A DNA stretch of 64,000 nucleotides from Alphaproteobacteria bacterium (GCA_965261585.1 CBDHDN010000029.1:195937-259936); one strand, 5' to 3'. Positions 39,612-49,130 are shown, counted from the first letter of the stretch. The notes: generated by a model not told the origin, from the letters alone. Numbers and translations are program-made.

Positions 39612-40494
39612 TTAGCTGCCGGAAACCCGCATGCCCCCCATGAAATACTTACGGAGAACGAAGAACAGAAGTAACGAAGGAATGCTCGCAATGATGGTTG
39701 CCGTCAAAACGACATTCGGACCGACGGACGAATAACTACCCTGGAAAACCTGCAATGCGTTCATGATGGAGCGTATGTCCGTTTTGTTCCCCAGCACTGT
39801 CGAGAATAGAAGGTCATTCCAGATCCAGGTGAACTGCAGTAGGAAGGTAGCCGTGATCGGGCCCCAGCAGTTCGGCAGAACGATGCGGGGAAACACGGTG
39901 AACTCGTGAGCGCCCTCCATACGGGCGGCCTCGTCCATTTCCCGCGATATCCCATTCATGTAATTTCTCAACACAAGCACAGGGAACGGGATGCAGATGG
40001 ATGTAGAAAAAAGTATCATTCCAAATTGCGTATTAAGAATTCCAAATTTTCTGATACAGAAAGAAAAGAGGAATAAGGTACATTTGCAAAGGAAACACTG
40101 TCCCTGAAAATATCAGCATGAACCATAGATTTCTGCCTTTGAACTCGAACCTGGTCAGGCCATAGGCCGCCAGGGCCGCGATGAACACCGCAATGCTGGC
40201 GCCGGTCAGCCCGTAGAGCGTGGAGTTGAGCATTCCCGCGCCCATTTTCGCGTTGGTCCAGGCCGTCACCGCATTGCCGATGACCGGTTCCAGGTTCCGC
40301 GGCAGGGAAAGCGGATGGTTGAGTGAGTATTCCTCGGTCGTTTTGAAGACCGAGACAATCAGATAGTAGAACGGTACGACCCAGACTGCGCTGATCAGGA
40401 TCGCCGCGGCCAACGGCACCCAGCCGCTCTGGCGCTGCTTCTTCTCGCGGCTCGCGAGCGCCGCAAAATCGATGTTCTCAATAGCGACGGTCAT
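39612..40494 (-). pseudogene. Carbohydrate ABC transporter permease (MalG-like), frameshifted
   Basis: Track ORFs 40033-40494 and 39612-40019 are two halves of one permease (...LFFLYQK / FGILNTQFGMILF...). There is an extra A in the run CAGAAAATTT near 40040. The 3' two thirds of the gene have visibly lower GC. Confidence 0.8.
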
Positions 40495-40506
40495 GTCACC
40501 GGCTCG

Positions 40507-41493
40507 CTAGCGGGTCATGCGATCGACACGATGCTGCAGCAGCACCTGGATCCAGGTGACGCTGAGGACGACCGCGCCGATGACGACCGCAATCGCCGAT
40601 CCGAACGCCCAGGAGCCCTTCTGGAACGCTTCGAAATACATGAACACCGCCAGGGACAGCGTGCGTTGTCCGGGATAGCTCGTGCCCATGACCCACAGCA
40701 GATCGAAGACCGTGAATCCGGCGAGCACCGACAGGATCGTGACTACCAGCAGCGTCGGCAGCAGCAGCGGAAAGACGATGTGGCGGAACACCTGGCCCTT
40801 CGACGCGCCGTCAAGACGGGCGGCCTCGATCGGATCCTTGGGAATGGCACTCAACCCGAGCAGGAGCAGCACCATGACGAGGCCGACCGTCTGCCAGACA
40901 AACGTGGCGATGATCGCCGGGGTGACCGTGTTGGACTGGTAGAGCCAGCCGATATCGACTTCCCGCCCGGCAACGACGCCGAAGAAGCGGTTCACGATGC
41001 CGTCCGGCGTGTAGACGTAGAACCACAGAACGCCGACGGCGGTTGGTGCGAGAATCCTCGGGATGAATATGATATTTTTGAAGAGGCTCTCGAGCGGTAC
41101 ATCACGCAAAAGAATGGCGAGCCCCAGGCCGAGAATGAGGGGGAAGGCAAACGAGGCGGCAACCCAGATCGAGGTGTTGTACAGGGCGTCGGCGAAGAAG
41201 GAATTGGTCGTCAGCTTGACGTAGTTCGCGATGCCGAAAAATTCGTCCAACCCTTTGAACCTCTTCCACTTCGTGAAGCTCAGATAAATGTTGACGGCCA
41301 CCGGCAAGAGCAGCAGCGAGCAGACCAGAAGTATCGCCGGAGACATGAACGCCAGAGCGACCCAGAAATTGCGCCGACGGCGATGACGCTCGTCCGCACC
41401 GATGCGCGGCCACCCGATACGTTCGAGCAACTCCTTGTCGCCAACAGCTAGCTTGTTCTCCGCCGCCATCTGGGCCGCCATCTGGGCCGCCAT
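40507..41493 (-). CDS. Carbohydrate ABC transporter permease (MalF-like)
   Basis: About six TM helices and an EAA-type loop (EAARLDGASKGQVFRHIVFPLL). The 5' end lies in three tandem 12-bp repeats (41462-41497), so the true start is uncertain. Confidence 0.85.
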   Translation of the reverse strand: MAAQMAAQMAAENKLAVGDKELLERIGWPRIGADERHRRRRNFWVALAFMSPAILLVCSLLLLPVAVNIYLSFTKWKRFKGLDEFFGIANYVKLTTNSFFADALYNTSIWVAASFAFPLILGLGLAILLRDVPLESLFKNIIFIPRILAPTAVGVLWFYVYTPDGIVNRFFGVVAGREVDIGWLYQSNTVTPAIIATFVWQTVGLVMVLLLLGLSAIPKDPIEAARLDGASKGQVFRHIVFPLLLPTLLVVTILSVLAGFTVFDLLWVMGTSYPGQRTLSLAVFMYFEAFQKGSWAFGSAIAVVIGAVVLSVTWIQVLLQHRVDRMTR

Positions 41494-41550
41494 CTGGATC
41501 GTCTCACGGGGGATTTGGGTGGCCGACCGAGATCGGCCACCCGCCGATTG

Positions 41551-42789
41551 CTATTGTTCGGCCCAGTACTCGGCATTGAGCGCCTGGATGTTGGACATGA
41601 CGTCCTCGGCCGTGTCCATTGTCGGATCAAGCATGAACCGGTTGAACTCCGCGACCAATTCGCCTTGCAGCTCCGCCGGAACGGCCTCCCACCAGCGCTC
41701 GATCGCCAGCGTCCCGTTGTCAACCACATCCTGATTGATCTTGGCGACCACCACGTTCGGCGGCTCCGCATTGCTGTTGCCGAGCGCGTTCCCGGACGCC
41801 TTGGCCCAGGCATTGGCGCCGTCGACGGAGACGAAGAACTTGAGCGCGGCGACGACGTCGGGCTTCTCGATCCCAGTCTTCGACAGAACGATCGGACCGC
41901 CTTCCAGGATGGCGGCGTGTGGCAAAGCCGGATCCATGTTTGGCATGATGAATGCACCGAAGTCCTCGCCGGGCTTCATGCCGGTGGCTTCAACTAGCCC
42001 AATGGCCCAGTCACCGATGAGATAAATGGCGCCCTTGCCACGCGCGAAGTCTGCGGCTTCCTCATTGGACCGTGGGTCGGAGAAGTAGCCTTTGGCATAC
42101 CAGTCCGACCAGATGCGGAAAGCATTCCGCACCGGCTCGCTGTCGTAGGCGACCGAACCGTCATGCAGGCCGTTGTAGGCCTCCGGGTCGGTTCTAATCA
42201 TGATTTCCTGGAACCAGATGAAGCCACGCCAACCGTCCTGCGTCGTGGCATGGAACGGCGTATAGCCGCCCGCCTTCAGCTTGTCGGCCGCCGCCATCAA
42301 CTCGGCCCACGTCTGTGGTTCGCCGATGCCGACCGCCTCGAACTGCTCCTTGTTGTAAAGTCCGATCCAGCGCGAGAGGTGCAGCGGCACGCCGTAGATA
42401 TGGTCGCCGACCTTGTAGAAATCGCGCACGCTGGGGTCGAAATCACCGCTGGCGATCAGGTCTTCCCAGATGCCGTCGAGTTCGGCGATCTGGTCGGTTT
42501 CGATCAGATCCTTGAAGACGCCACCGGTCCACCAAGTGAACATGTCGGGCATGTCGCCGGCGGCGACCGATGACTGGATGAACGCCTTGTATTGCTCGGG
42601 AGACGAGTACGCGCTCTCGATGATCTTGACGCCTGTCAGATCACCGGCGGCATCGCCGACCTCCTGGAGGGCCTCGGACCAGAAGCCCTTGTCGTGAAAG
42701 AGTTCCACGTCGCCGGCTGCCGCATAGGGCGCGGCCAGCGCGACGGTGCCCGTCACCGTGGCGGCAAGTAGTTGAGATTTCCAACTCAT
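41551..42789 (-). CDS. ABC transporter extracellular solute-binding protein (sugar type)
   Basis: 412 aa. Signal peptide MSWKSQLLAATVTGTVALAAPYAAAG. Family-1 SBP-like composition. Positioned between the ATPase and the permeases. Confidence 0.85.
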   Translation of the reverse strand: MSWKSQLLAATVTGTVALAAPYAAAGDVELFHDKGFWSEALQEVGDAAGDLTGVKIIESAYSSPEQYKAFIQSSVAAGDMPDMFTWWTGGVFKDLIETDQIAELDGIWEDLIASGDFDPSVRDFYKVGDHIYGVPLHLSRWIGLYNKEQFEAVGIGEPQTWAELMAAADKLKAGGYTPFHATTQDGWRGFIWFQEIMIRTDPEAYNGLHDGSVAYDSEPVRNAFRIWSDWYAKGYFSDPRSNEEAADFARGKGAIYLIGDWAIGLVEATGMKPGEDFGAFIMPNMDPALPHAAILEGGPIVLSKTGIEKPDVVAALKFFVSVDGANAWAKASGNALGNSNAEPPNVVVAKINQDVVDNGTLAIERWWEAVPAELQGELVAEFNRFMLDPTMDTAEDVMSNIQALNAEYWAEQ

Positions 42790-42814
42790 CGTTTCCTCCT
42801 TGTGTGGGTCGGCC

Positions 42815-43422
42815 TTACGCGGGCCGCACGGATCCGCCTGTCTCGGCGTCGAATAGGTGCATCCGGTCGAGATTGAGCCTGAAGGTCAGTGTTTCGTCGG
42901 GTTCGACCTGCCGCGGCCGCTGCATCCGGCTGATGAACTCGCGGTCGCCGAACCCCGAGAAGAGCAACGTCTCGTTGCCGAGCATTTCGGCGAACTCGAC
43001 GCGCGACCGGAACGCCACCGACTGCTCGGGTTCCACGCCGTGGCCTTCAGGCACGATGTCCTCCGGCCGGAACCCGGCGATCAGTCGCTGTCCGTTGACG
43101 ACGGAACCGTCGAATCGGGACGGCGAAATGGGGGCGGTAAGGTGTTCGTTGGCGAAGCTCAGCCTGCCGTCGATGTCGGCCGCGACGCCGTCAAAGAAGT
43201 TGATCTGCGGAGAGCCGATGAAACCGGCAACGAACTGGTTGGCCGGCGTCTCGAAAATCTCCATTGGGGTGCCGGTCTGCTCGATCCTGCCGTCGCGCAT
43301 CACGACCATGATGTCGGCGAGGGTCATCGCCTCTATCTGGTCGTGGGTGACATAGATGGTGGTCACCTGCAGGTGCTTCTGCAGCCGCTTGATCTCCACC
43401 CGCATCTGGTTGCGCAGCTGGG
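42815..43422 (-). pseudogene. ABC transporter ATP-binding protein (MalK/UgpC-like), N-terminal ~40% missing
   Basis: Begins within ...LRNQMRVEIKRLQKHLQVTTIYVTHDQIEAM (Walker B/H-loop region) and carries the regulatory C-terminal domain. Walker A and the signature motif are absent. It abuts the IS3-family end at 43423. Confidence 0.8.
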
Positions 43423-43473
43423 TGGTCTTGCTTCGCAAAAGTGGAGAGCACCTACTGAAACAGGAGGTGTTCA

Positions 43474-43758
43474 ATGGGGCGAGGAATCAGGTTTACGACG
43501 GAGTTCAAGCGCGAGGCGGTGCGCCTAGTGCTGAGTAGTGGCCGGCCGCGGACAGAGATCGCGGAGGACCTTGGGGTCGGGCTGTCATCGCTGACACGCT
43601 GGATCGGTCAATATCGCGGTGAAGAGATGCCGCCAGAGATCCGGGACGACCTGCAGGCCGAGTTGAAGCGGCTGCGCAAAGAGAATGCGGTTCTCCGGCA
43701 GGAGCGTGACATTCTAAAAAAAGCCGCGGCCTTCTTCGCGAAGGAGGGAAGTCGATGA
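43474..43758 (+). CDS. IS3-family transposase OrfA
   Basis: 94 aa. FTTEFKREAVRLV HTH and a leucine-zipper-like LKRLRKENAVLRQERDILKKAAAFF. Confidence 0.9.
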   Translation: MGRGIRFTTEFKREAVRLVLSSGRPRTEIAEDLGVGLSSLTRWIGQYRGEEMPPEIRDDLQAELKRLRKENAVLRQERDILKKAAAFFAKEGSR

Positions 43759-44615
43759 GGTTCGCGCTCATTGATGCCGAGAAGGCCGAATTTCCCGTGA
43801 GGACGATGTGCCGGGTTCTGGATGTTAGCGAGAGCGGGTTCTTTTCATGGAAAGGGCGGCCTGCCAGTCAGCGTCAGCGGGACGATATGATCTATCTGGC
43901 TCATATTCGCATCGCCTTCGAGTTATCGAACCGAACCTACGGCAGCCCGCGCATGCACCGTGATCTTGTGGATGAGGGTCTGTCCATAGGACGCCGCCGG
44001 ACAGCCCGCCTGATGCGCGAGAACGGCCTGGCCGCGCGCCAGAAGCGTCGTTTCAAACGAACCACGGACAGTACGCACGCCTGGCCGGTCGCGCCCAATC
44101 TGCTGGACCAGGACTTCGCGGCAGAGGCGCCAGACCAGAAATGGAGCGCCGACATCTCCTACATCTTGACCGCCGAGGGATGGCTCTATCTCGCCGTGCT
44201 CATCGACCTCTTCTCACGGCGTGTCGTCGGCTGGGCTGTCAGCGATAGGCTGAAGAAGGATTTGGCGCTGCGTGCCCTGCGTATGGCGCTTGTCACGCGA
44301 CACCCACCCAGTGGTCTGATCCATCATTCCGACCGCGGCAGCCAGTATTGCTCAATCGACTATCAGGCGGTGCTGAGAAAACATGGCTTGCTGATCTCGA
44401 TGAGTGGAAAGGGCAACTGCTACGACAACGCTGTGGTCGAGACGTTCTTCAAGACCATCAAGTCCGAACTGATCTGGCCGGTCTCCTGGCAGACCCGCAG
44501 CCAGGCCGAGAACGCGGTGGCCAGATACATCGACGGGTTCTACAATCCGATCCGCCGCCACTCGACGCTCGGCTACCAGAGCCCGGTCCACTTCGAGATG
44601 GCGGGCCGAGAGTGA
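43755..44615 (+). CDS. IS3-family transposase OrfB
   Basis: 286 aa. PDQKWSADISYI, HHSDRGSQYCS and GNCYDNAVVETFFKTIKSE DDE motifs. Confidence 0.9.
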   Translation: MRFALIDAEKAEFPVRTMCRVLDVSESGFFSWKGRPASQRQRDDMIYLAHIRIAFELSNRTYGSPRMHRDLVDEGLSIGRRRTARLMRENGLAARQKRRFKRTTDSTHAWPVAPNLLDQDFAAEAPDQKWSADISYILTAEGWLYLAVLIDLFSRRVVGWAVSDRLKKDLALRALRMALVTRHPPSGLIHHSDRGSQYCSIDYQAVLRKHGLLISMSGKGNCYDNAVVETFFKTIKSELIWPVSWQTRSQAENAVARYIDGFYNPIRRHSTLGYQSPVHFEMAGRE

Positions 44616-44649
44616 GCAATCAGCTCTCCACTAAACCGAAGCAAGACCA

Positions 44650-44907
44650 CTCCGGCGCTCGCTCGCCTGCACCAACATCGTCGAGAACGCGCTCGGCACG
44701 GTGCGCCAGGTCACCCGCAACGTCAAACGCTGGAGACACGCCGAGAGGGCGCTCAGATGGACCGCCGCCGGCCTGCTGGAGGCCCAGAAAACCTTCCGTC
44801 GCCTCAAGGCCTATCGCCAGCTGCCCATCCTCCGAAATGCTCTCCAGGAACACTTGAGAAAGGCTCAGGCCGACAGTGCCATTGAAACCATCATGAAGGC
44901 AGCATAG
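44650..44907 (+). pseudogene. Transposase C-terminal fragment, family not assigned
   Basis: ...NIVENALGTVRQVTRNVKRWRHAERALRWTAAGLLEAQKTFRRLKAYRQLP... looks like the tail of a DDE transposase. No upstream part is present. Confidence 0.4.
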
Positions 44908-44940
44908 CATCATCAACCAGCAACGCCTGCCCCACGAATT

Positions 44941-45752
44941 TCAACAGAGATAGGGACATCGCCCTTCGAGCATCGGGCCGTCGTTCTGGTCGAGCAGTCG
45001 GTCCGAGACATGCAATCGATAGGCGGGATCGATCCCGATCAGATAGGCATCGAAGGCGGCATGATGGATTTTGGAGAGTGGCAGGCCGTTCGGGACGATG
45101 GGCTGCCCCAGCCTTTCATCCTTGTCGGAAATGGTGTGCGCGGCGTCGAGCAGCCGCTGTTCGGGCAATCCGGACAAGGCGCAACGCCCGTCATAGGCCG
45201 CAATAACGGCTTCGCGGAATGATGCCTGGTGAAGCCGCTGCTGAACCGCACGCAACGCATATCGCCGTTCCAAGGCGTTCTCCTGCGGGGTCAATGCATC
45301 CTGCTCCGGCATGCCAAACGCGATACGCGCCTTCATGGCATCGGCGTCCCAACCTGAAATGAACGCAGGGAGCATAGCCTGGTAGCGGCCAGGCGCGATG
45401 CCGAGGAAATAAATTACCGGTATCTTGTTCTCAAATGCCTCGCGCAGCCAGCGATTGTCTGCCGCTTCCGGATCGATCCTGCCCCATGAAGGTATAATCC
45501 ACCGTCTCGTCGCCCTCAAAGATCTGGCGGTGCACGTCTCGCTCATCGTCGTACCAGACCCGCGCGCCGGTTCGCGGATATACGGTCTTGATGGAGAGCA
45601 GATACCGCATCTGTCGCGGCTTGAAGATTCCCCGCCGGGGATTGACGAGCGGGATGCGCTCGCCTTCGAAAACAAACCCCGGTTTCAATTCGTCGACGGT
45701 CAAATGGTCATGTACCTCACCCAGCCTTCGAACATGCTCGAAAGCCACCATG
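44941..45752 (-). pseudogene. HNH nuclease with an N-terminal putative DNA-reader domain (HNH-2), multiply inactivated
   Basis: The first 16 codons (MTDDDLDTPMRMVAFE, ATG 47212) are separated by IS copy C. There is a frameshift near 45470 (FMGQD / PEAADNRWLREAF). HNH core is CALSG...LDAAHTISDKDERLGQPIVPNGLPLSKIHHAAFD. The C-terminus appears cut after GPMLE. Confidence 0.7.
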
Positions 45753-45797
45753 TGAGTCGGACCCGATTTCCTTGGACACAGAATTGGCTTAATCGAA

Positions 45798-46229
45798 GTG
45801 TCCAAGGAGGACCGGAACATGACCGATAATTTTGAGAAGAAAGTTGCTGTTGATGGGCCTGTGGTAAATGCGGGCGAGCTTGGCTCGTCCACGTTTTCCC
45901 CAGGCCAGGCTTTGCCGGCAGGCCCGCTGGGACTTGGCCAGCGATGGACGGTGGCGCGCAAGCGTGAGGTCGTTCTGCGGCTTTTGCGTGACGAGCCGGT
46001 GCAACTTCTGTCGCGCCAGTTGGGCGTAGAGATCTTCCGGCTCGAGCAGTGGCGTGAGAAAGCGATCGGCGGGATCGACGCCTCGCTCAAGCAACGCAAG
46101 GGCGATCCGGTGCAGGCGGAACTGGATAGCGCCATGAAGCGGATCGGAGAGTTGACCATGCAGGCGGAACTGCTGGAGGCCAAGACGGAGACCTTCGGCC
46201 CTTTGGGGCGGCGGAGGTCGCGGCGATGA
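45798..46229 (+). CDS. IS transposase OrfA (copy C)
   Basis: 143 aa, near-identical to copy A. Confidence 0.8.
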   Translation: MSKEDRNMTDNFEKKVAVDGPVVNAGELGSSTFSPGQALPAGPLGLGQRWTVARKREVVLRLLRDEPVQLLSRQLGVEIFRLEQWREKAIGGIDASLKQRKGDPVQAELDSAMKRIGELTMQAELLEAKTETFGPLGRRRSRR

Positions 46230-47131
46230 GTGCCGCCACCTCGCCCGGCACGGGTCTGGCCTACGGCCTGCGGCGGGTCTGCGCCGCCTGGGGCATGGCC
46301 CGCTCCTCGTTCTACGCCATGACCTCCGGCCAGCACGCCGAGCAGCCGCCGGCAAAGCGTCGGGGACCGAAGCCCGCGATCTCGGACCAGGCGCTGCTGG
46401 TGGCGATCGAAGCCGACCTGGAGGCATCGCCCAGGGAGGGCGAGGGCTACCGCAAGGTCTGGGCTCGGCTTCGGGTCTGTCGCGACATCCGGGTTGCCCG
46501 CAAGCGGGTGCTCCGCCTGATGCGCGAGAACAATCTGCTCTCGCCCCATCGCTGCCGCCGCCGTGGCGGCAATCCCCATGACGGTGAGATCATCACTCAT
46601 GCCCCGAACCTCATGTGGGGCACCGATGGCGTTCGGGTGTTCACGGTGGACGACGGCTGGGGCTGGATCTTCACCGCCGTCGAGCATTGGAACGCCGAGT
46701 GTGTCGGCTGGCATGTCTGCAAGCGCGGCGACCGCTTCGCCGCCCTGCAGCCGATCTCCATGGGGCTTGCCGGGCTGTATGGCTCGACCGCGGCCGGCGC
46801 GGCTGGGGGGCTGGCCTTGCGGATGGATCACGGCTCCCAGTATCTGTCGGACCACTTCACCAACCAGATCAAGTTCTGGGGCATCCAGCCGTCCTACGCC
46901 TTCGTCGCCGAGCCCCAGACCAACGGCGTCGCCGAGCGGTTCAATCGCACGCTGAAGGAACAGATCATCCATGGTCGCATCTACCGCAACATCGCGGAGC
47001 TGCGGGACGCCGTCCGCGACTTCGTCGAACTCTACAATGCCCAGTGGATCGTCGAAAAGAACGGCTACCTGAGCCCCGCTCAAGCTCGTCAGGCGTGGCA
47101 CGCCGCGATCTCAATCAGGCCCGCCGCGTGA
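46226..47131 (+). CDS. IS transposase OrfB (copy C)
   Basis: 301 aa, intact, with a few substitutions relative to copy A. Confidence 0.85.
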   Translation: MSAATSPGTGLAYGLRRVCAAWGMARSSFYAMTSGQHAEQPPAKRRGPKPAISDQALLVAIEADLEASPREGEGYRKVWARLRVCRDIRVARKRVLRLMRENNLLSPHRCRRRGGNPHDGEIITHAPNLMWGTDGVRVFTVDDGWGWIFTAVEHWNAECVGWHVCKRGDRFAALQPISMGLAGLYGSTAAGAAGGLALRMDHGSQYLSDHFTNQIKFWGIQPSYAFVAEPQTNGVAERFNRTLKEQIIHGRIYRNIAELRDAVRDFVELYNAQWIVEKNGYLSPAQARQAWHAAISIRPAA

Positions 47132-47224
47132 GACAAACTTGTGTCCAAGGAACCGGGTGCGCTACACGAAAGCCACCATGCGCATCGGGGTGTCGAGGTC
47201 GTCGTCGGTCATCGGCGTCCCCCG

Positions 47225-48145
47225 TCATCCCTTGAAACAATGCTCGTTGTGCCAGGTCAGGGCGGCGGGATCCGGGCGCTGGCCGATATCCGAAGGCGCA
47301 TCGATTTTGCGACCGTGAAGCGCGTAGTAGTGCTTGCCGTTGTCAAACTCCTGCCGGATGCGATGGCTGACCTCGAAGTCGAGATCGGGCGTGACCGTTA
47401 CATAGCCAGCGTCGAACAGGCTGTGGATGTCGCGCCGCAGCAGAAGGCCGTTCCGCGCTTCATGCGCGCCGCCGTCGTCATAAGGGCGTATGTGCGCCGC
47501 CTCCAGCGCCGGCAGGGTTCGTTCCCGTGTCACCGCGCAACGTCGCCCGTAGATGTCGGTCACCAGTACGCGGAAGGCGCCTTGCCCCAGGCGGGGCCGG
47601 ATGAGATGCGGCTCGCCGAACCGCGCCTGCTCTTCCGCCATGCCGGGGAACGGCCGCCGGCTCAGACGGTCGTTGACCTCCTCCCATAGGGCCTGCCCCT
47701 CGGCGTTGCCCGTGTTGTAAGTCTTGAATGATACTATGTTCCGGGTCCAGCTCGCCGGCACGGGAATCCAGTCGGACTCGTCGAAAAAGAACGGCTGGGT
47801 TAGGATGCGGCAGCCGATAGGAAAGTCGCTGCGATCGTTTGGGTCTGCCCGGCGGTACTTGGCGATGTGCGCCCGCATTTCCTGCGCTGATCGCGCGCCA
47901 TTCGCCTCGCCGAATGCTTCCCAGGCAAGCGAACACGGCAATTTATTAGCATAGGCGAAGATGCCACCGCCGACGATCACGTTGTGCGGTTTGCGCAGTT
48001 TGAACAGGAACAGCTCGCCCGGCTGGAGGGCACGGAAGTTTACCGCCGAGGGCGCCCAGAAATTGACCTCGCCGAGGTCCGGCTGCCGACGCAGTCTCTC
48101 GAACCAGTCTCCGTGGGTGACGGCGATGACGAGTTTGATGCTCAT
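47225..48145 (-). CDS. HNH nuclease with an N-terminal PUA/EVE-like(?) domain (HNH-1)
   Basis: 306 aa. C-terminal LGQGAFRVLVTDIYGRRCAVT...LEAAHIRPYDDGGAHEARNGLLLRRDIHSLFDAGYV is an HNH motif of the restriction-endonuclease-like kind. The N-terminal ~150-aa domain is unassigned. Its start abuts the stop of the upstream ORF (TAGATG). Confidence 0.75.
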   Translation of the reverse strand: MSIKLVIAVTHGDWFERLRRQPDLGEVNFWAPSAVNFRALQPGELFLFKLRKPHNVIVGGGIFAYANKLPCSLAWEAFGEANGARSAQEMRAHIAKYRRADPNDRSDFPIGCRILTQPFFFDESDWIPVPASWTRNIVSFKTYNTGNAEGQALWEEVNDRLSRRPFPGMAEEQARFGEPHLIRPRLGQGAFRVLVTDIYGRRCAVTRERTLPALEAAHIRPYDDGGAHEARNGLLLRRDIHSLFDAGYVTVTPDLDFEVSHRIRQEFDNGKHYYALHGRKIDAPSDIGQRPDPAALTWHNEHCFKG

Positions 48146-48424
48146 CTACAAATTCTGCGTAAGTTCTTTGAGGGCGACCTTTATTACGTTCTCCCGCCAG
48201 GGGACGAACCGAGACAACAGCCTTTCCTTATCCTCGTTGTAGAAGAAGACGAACCCGTCCTCGGCAATCGGCACCAGTGCAGTACGCGTTTGCCCTTCCT
48301 CGTCGGTATCCTTGAACTCCAGGAAAGGCGCGCAAACTAAGCTACCATTGAAAGGTTTTCGATGCCGTGAATTGCGAATACGAGTTGGCCGCGTCGCAAC
48401 CAGCGCATGTTCAATGCTACCCAT
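48146..48424 (-). CDS. Hypothetical protein (possibly the 3' part of a longer frameshifted ORF)
   Basis: 92-aa track ORF. The second half (FLEFKDTDEEGQTRTALVPIAEDGFVFFYNEDKERLLSRFVPWRENVIKVALKELTQNL) looks protein-like. It overlaps by 88 nt another open frame (48337 to ~48646). Low GC. Confidence 0.35.
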   Translation of the reverse strand: MGSIEHALVATRPTRIRNSRHRKPFNGSLVCAPFLEFKDTDEEGQTRTALVPIAEDGFVFFYNEDKERLLSRFVPWRENVIKVALKELTQNL

Positions 48425-48646
48425 GAACGATACTCACCTGTATTTGCAAAATAGCCGACATGATGCTTAGCGTTCTCGATGATCTGCGCACGAAAATAGT
48501 AGTCGGTTTCTGAGGCTGACCGAGTGACAAATGCCGTTGCGGCATCCAAAACTCGCCTGAGAGCGGCTTCCACATCAGGAGCAATTGCTCTCAACCGATC
48601 CTCAAGATCTGATTCTAGGGCGTTTGCGAGTTTGAAAACCCCTTTC

Positions 48647-49130
48647 AGCTCCTCAAGTTTGGATCGTGTCCCGGCAGGTGGTGTAAGAGCCTGGCGTCCG
48701 CCGCGGTATCCGGCGGGTAGGGCCGGGACGCTCAGGCTGCCACGGTGGGCAGCTTGAGTGTGAGATTGTCGCTTGTCTGAGCGATGGATTCCAGTGTCAT
48801 GTATCTCCTTGAGACGGCCCACTCGTCGTTCTGCTCGAGAAGGATTGCGCCGACGAGCCGTGTGATTGCGTTTTCGTTGGGGAAGATGCCGACGACGTTG
48901 GTGCGTCGCTTGATCTCGCCGTTGAGGCGTTCGAGCGGGTTGGTCGAATGCAACTTCTGGCGGTGCTCCATGGGGAAGCTCATGTAGGCGAGGACGTCGT
49001 GCTGGGCCTCGTCCATGAGGGCGGCGAGCTTTGGCGCCTTGGGCTTGAGTTGGTCGGCGACCAGGCGCCACTGTGCGGCGGCACTGTCGGCATCGTTGTC
49101 AACGGCGGAGTAAAACCCGGCCATGTGGCG
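48647..49130 (-). pseudogene. IS256-family transposase C-terminal fragment
   Basis: ...HRQKLHSTNPLERLNGEIKRRTNVVGIFPNENAITRLVGAILLEQNDEW... is the classic IS256 C-terminal region. The N-terminal two thirds were removed at the IS21 end. The left boundary is approximate. Confidence 0.8.

Larger units (their letters stand above)
43423..44649 (+). mobile_element. IS3-family insertion sequence (1227 bp)
   Basis: ~28-bp TIR TGGTCTTGCTTCGCAAAAGTGGAGAGC / TGGTCTTGCTTCGGTTTAGTGGAGAGC (TG...CA). orfA/orfB with an A7G slippery run (CTAAAAAAAG near 43712). The 3-bp flanks differ. Confidence 0.88.
45753..47166 (+). mobile_element. IS3/IS481-superfamily IS, copy C (1414 bp)
   Basis: Same ends as copy B. 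14-bp direct repeat CGAAAGCCACCATG at 45739-45752 and 47167-47180. Both ORFs are intact. Confidence 0.9.
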
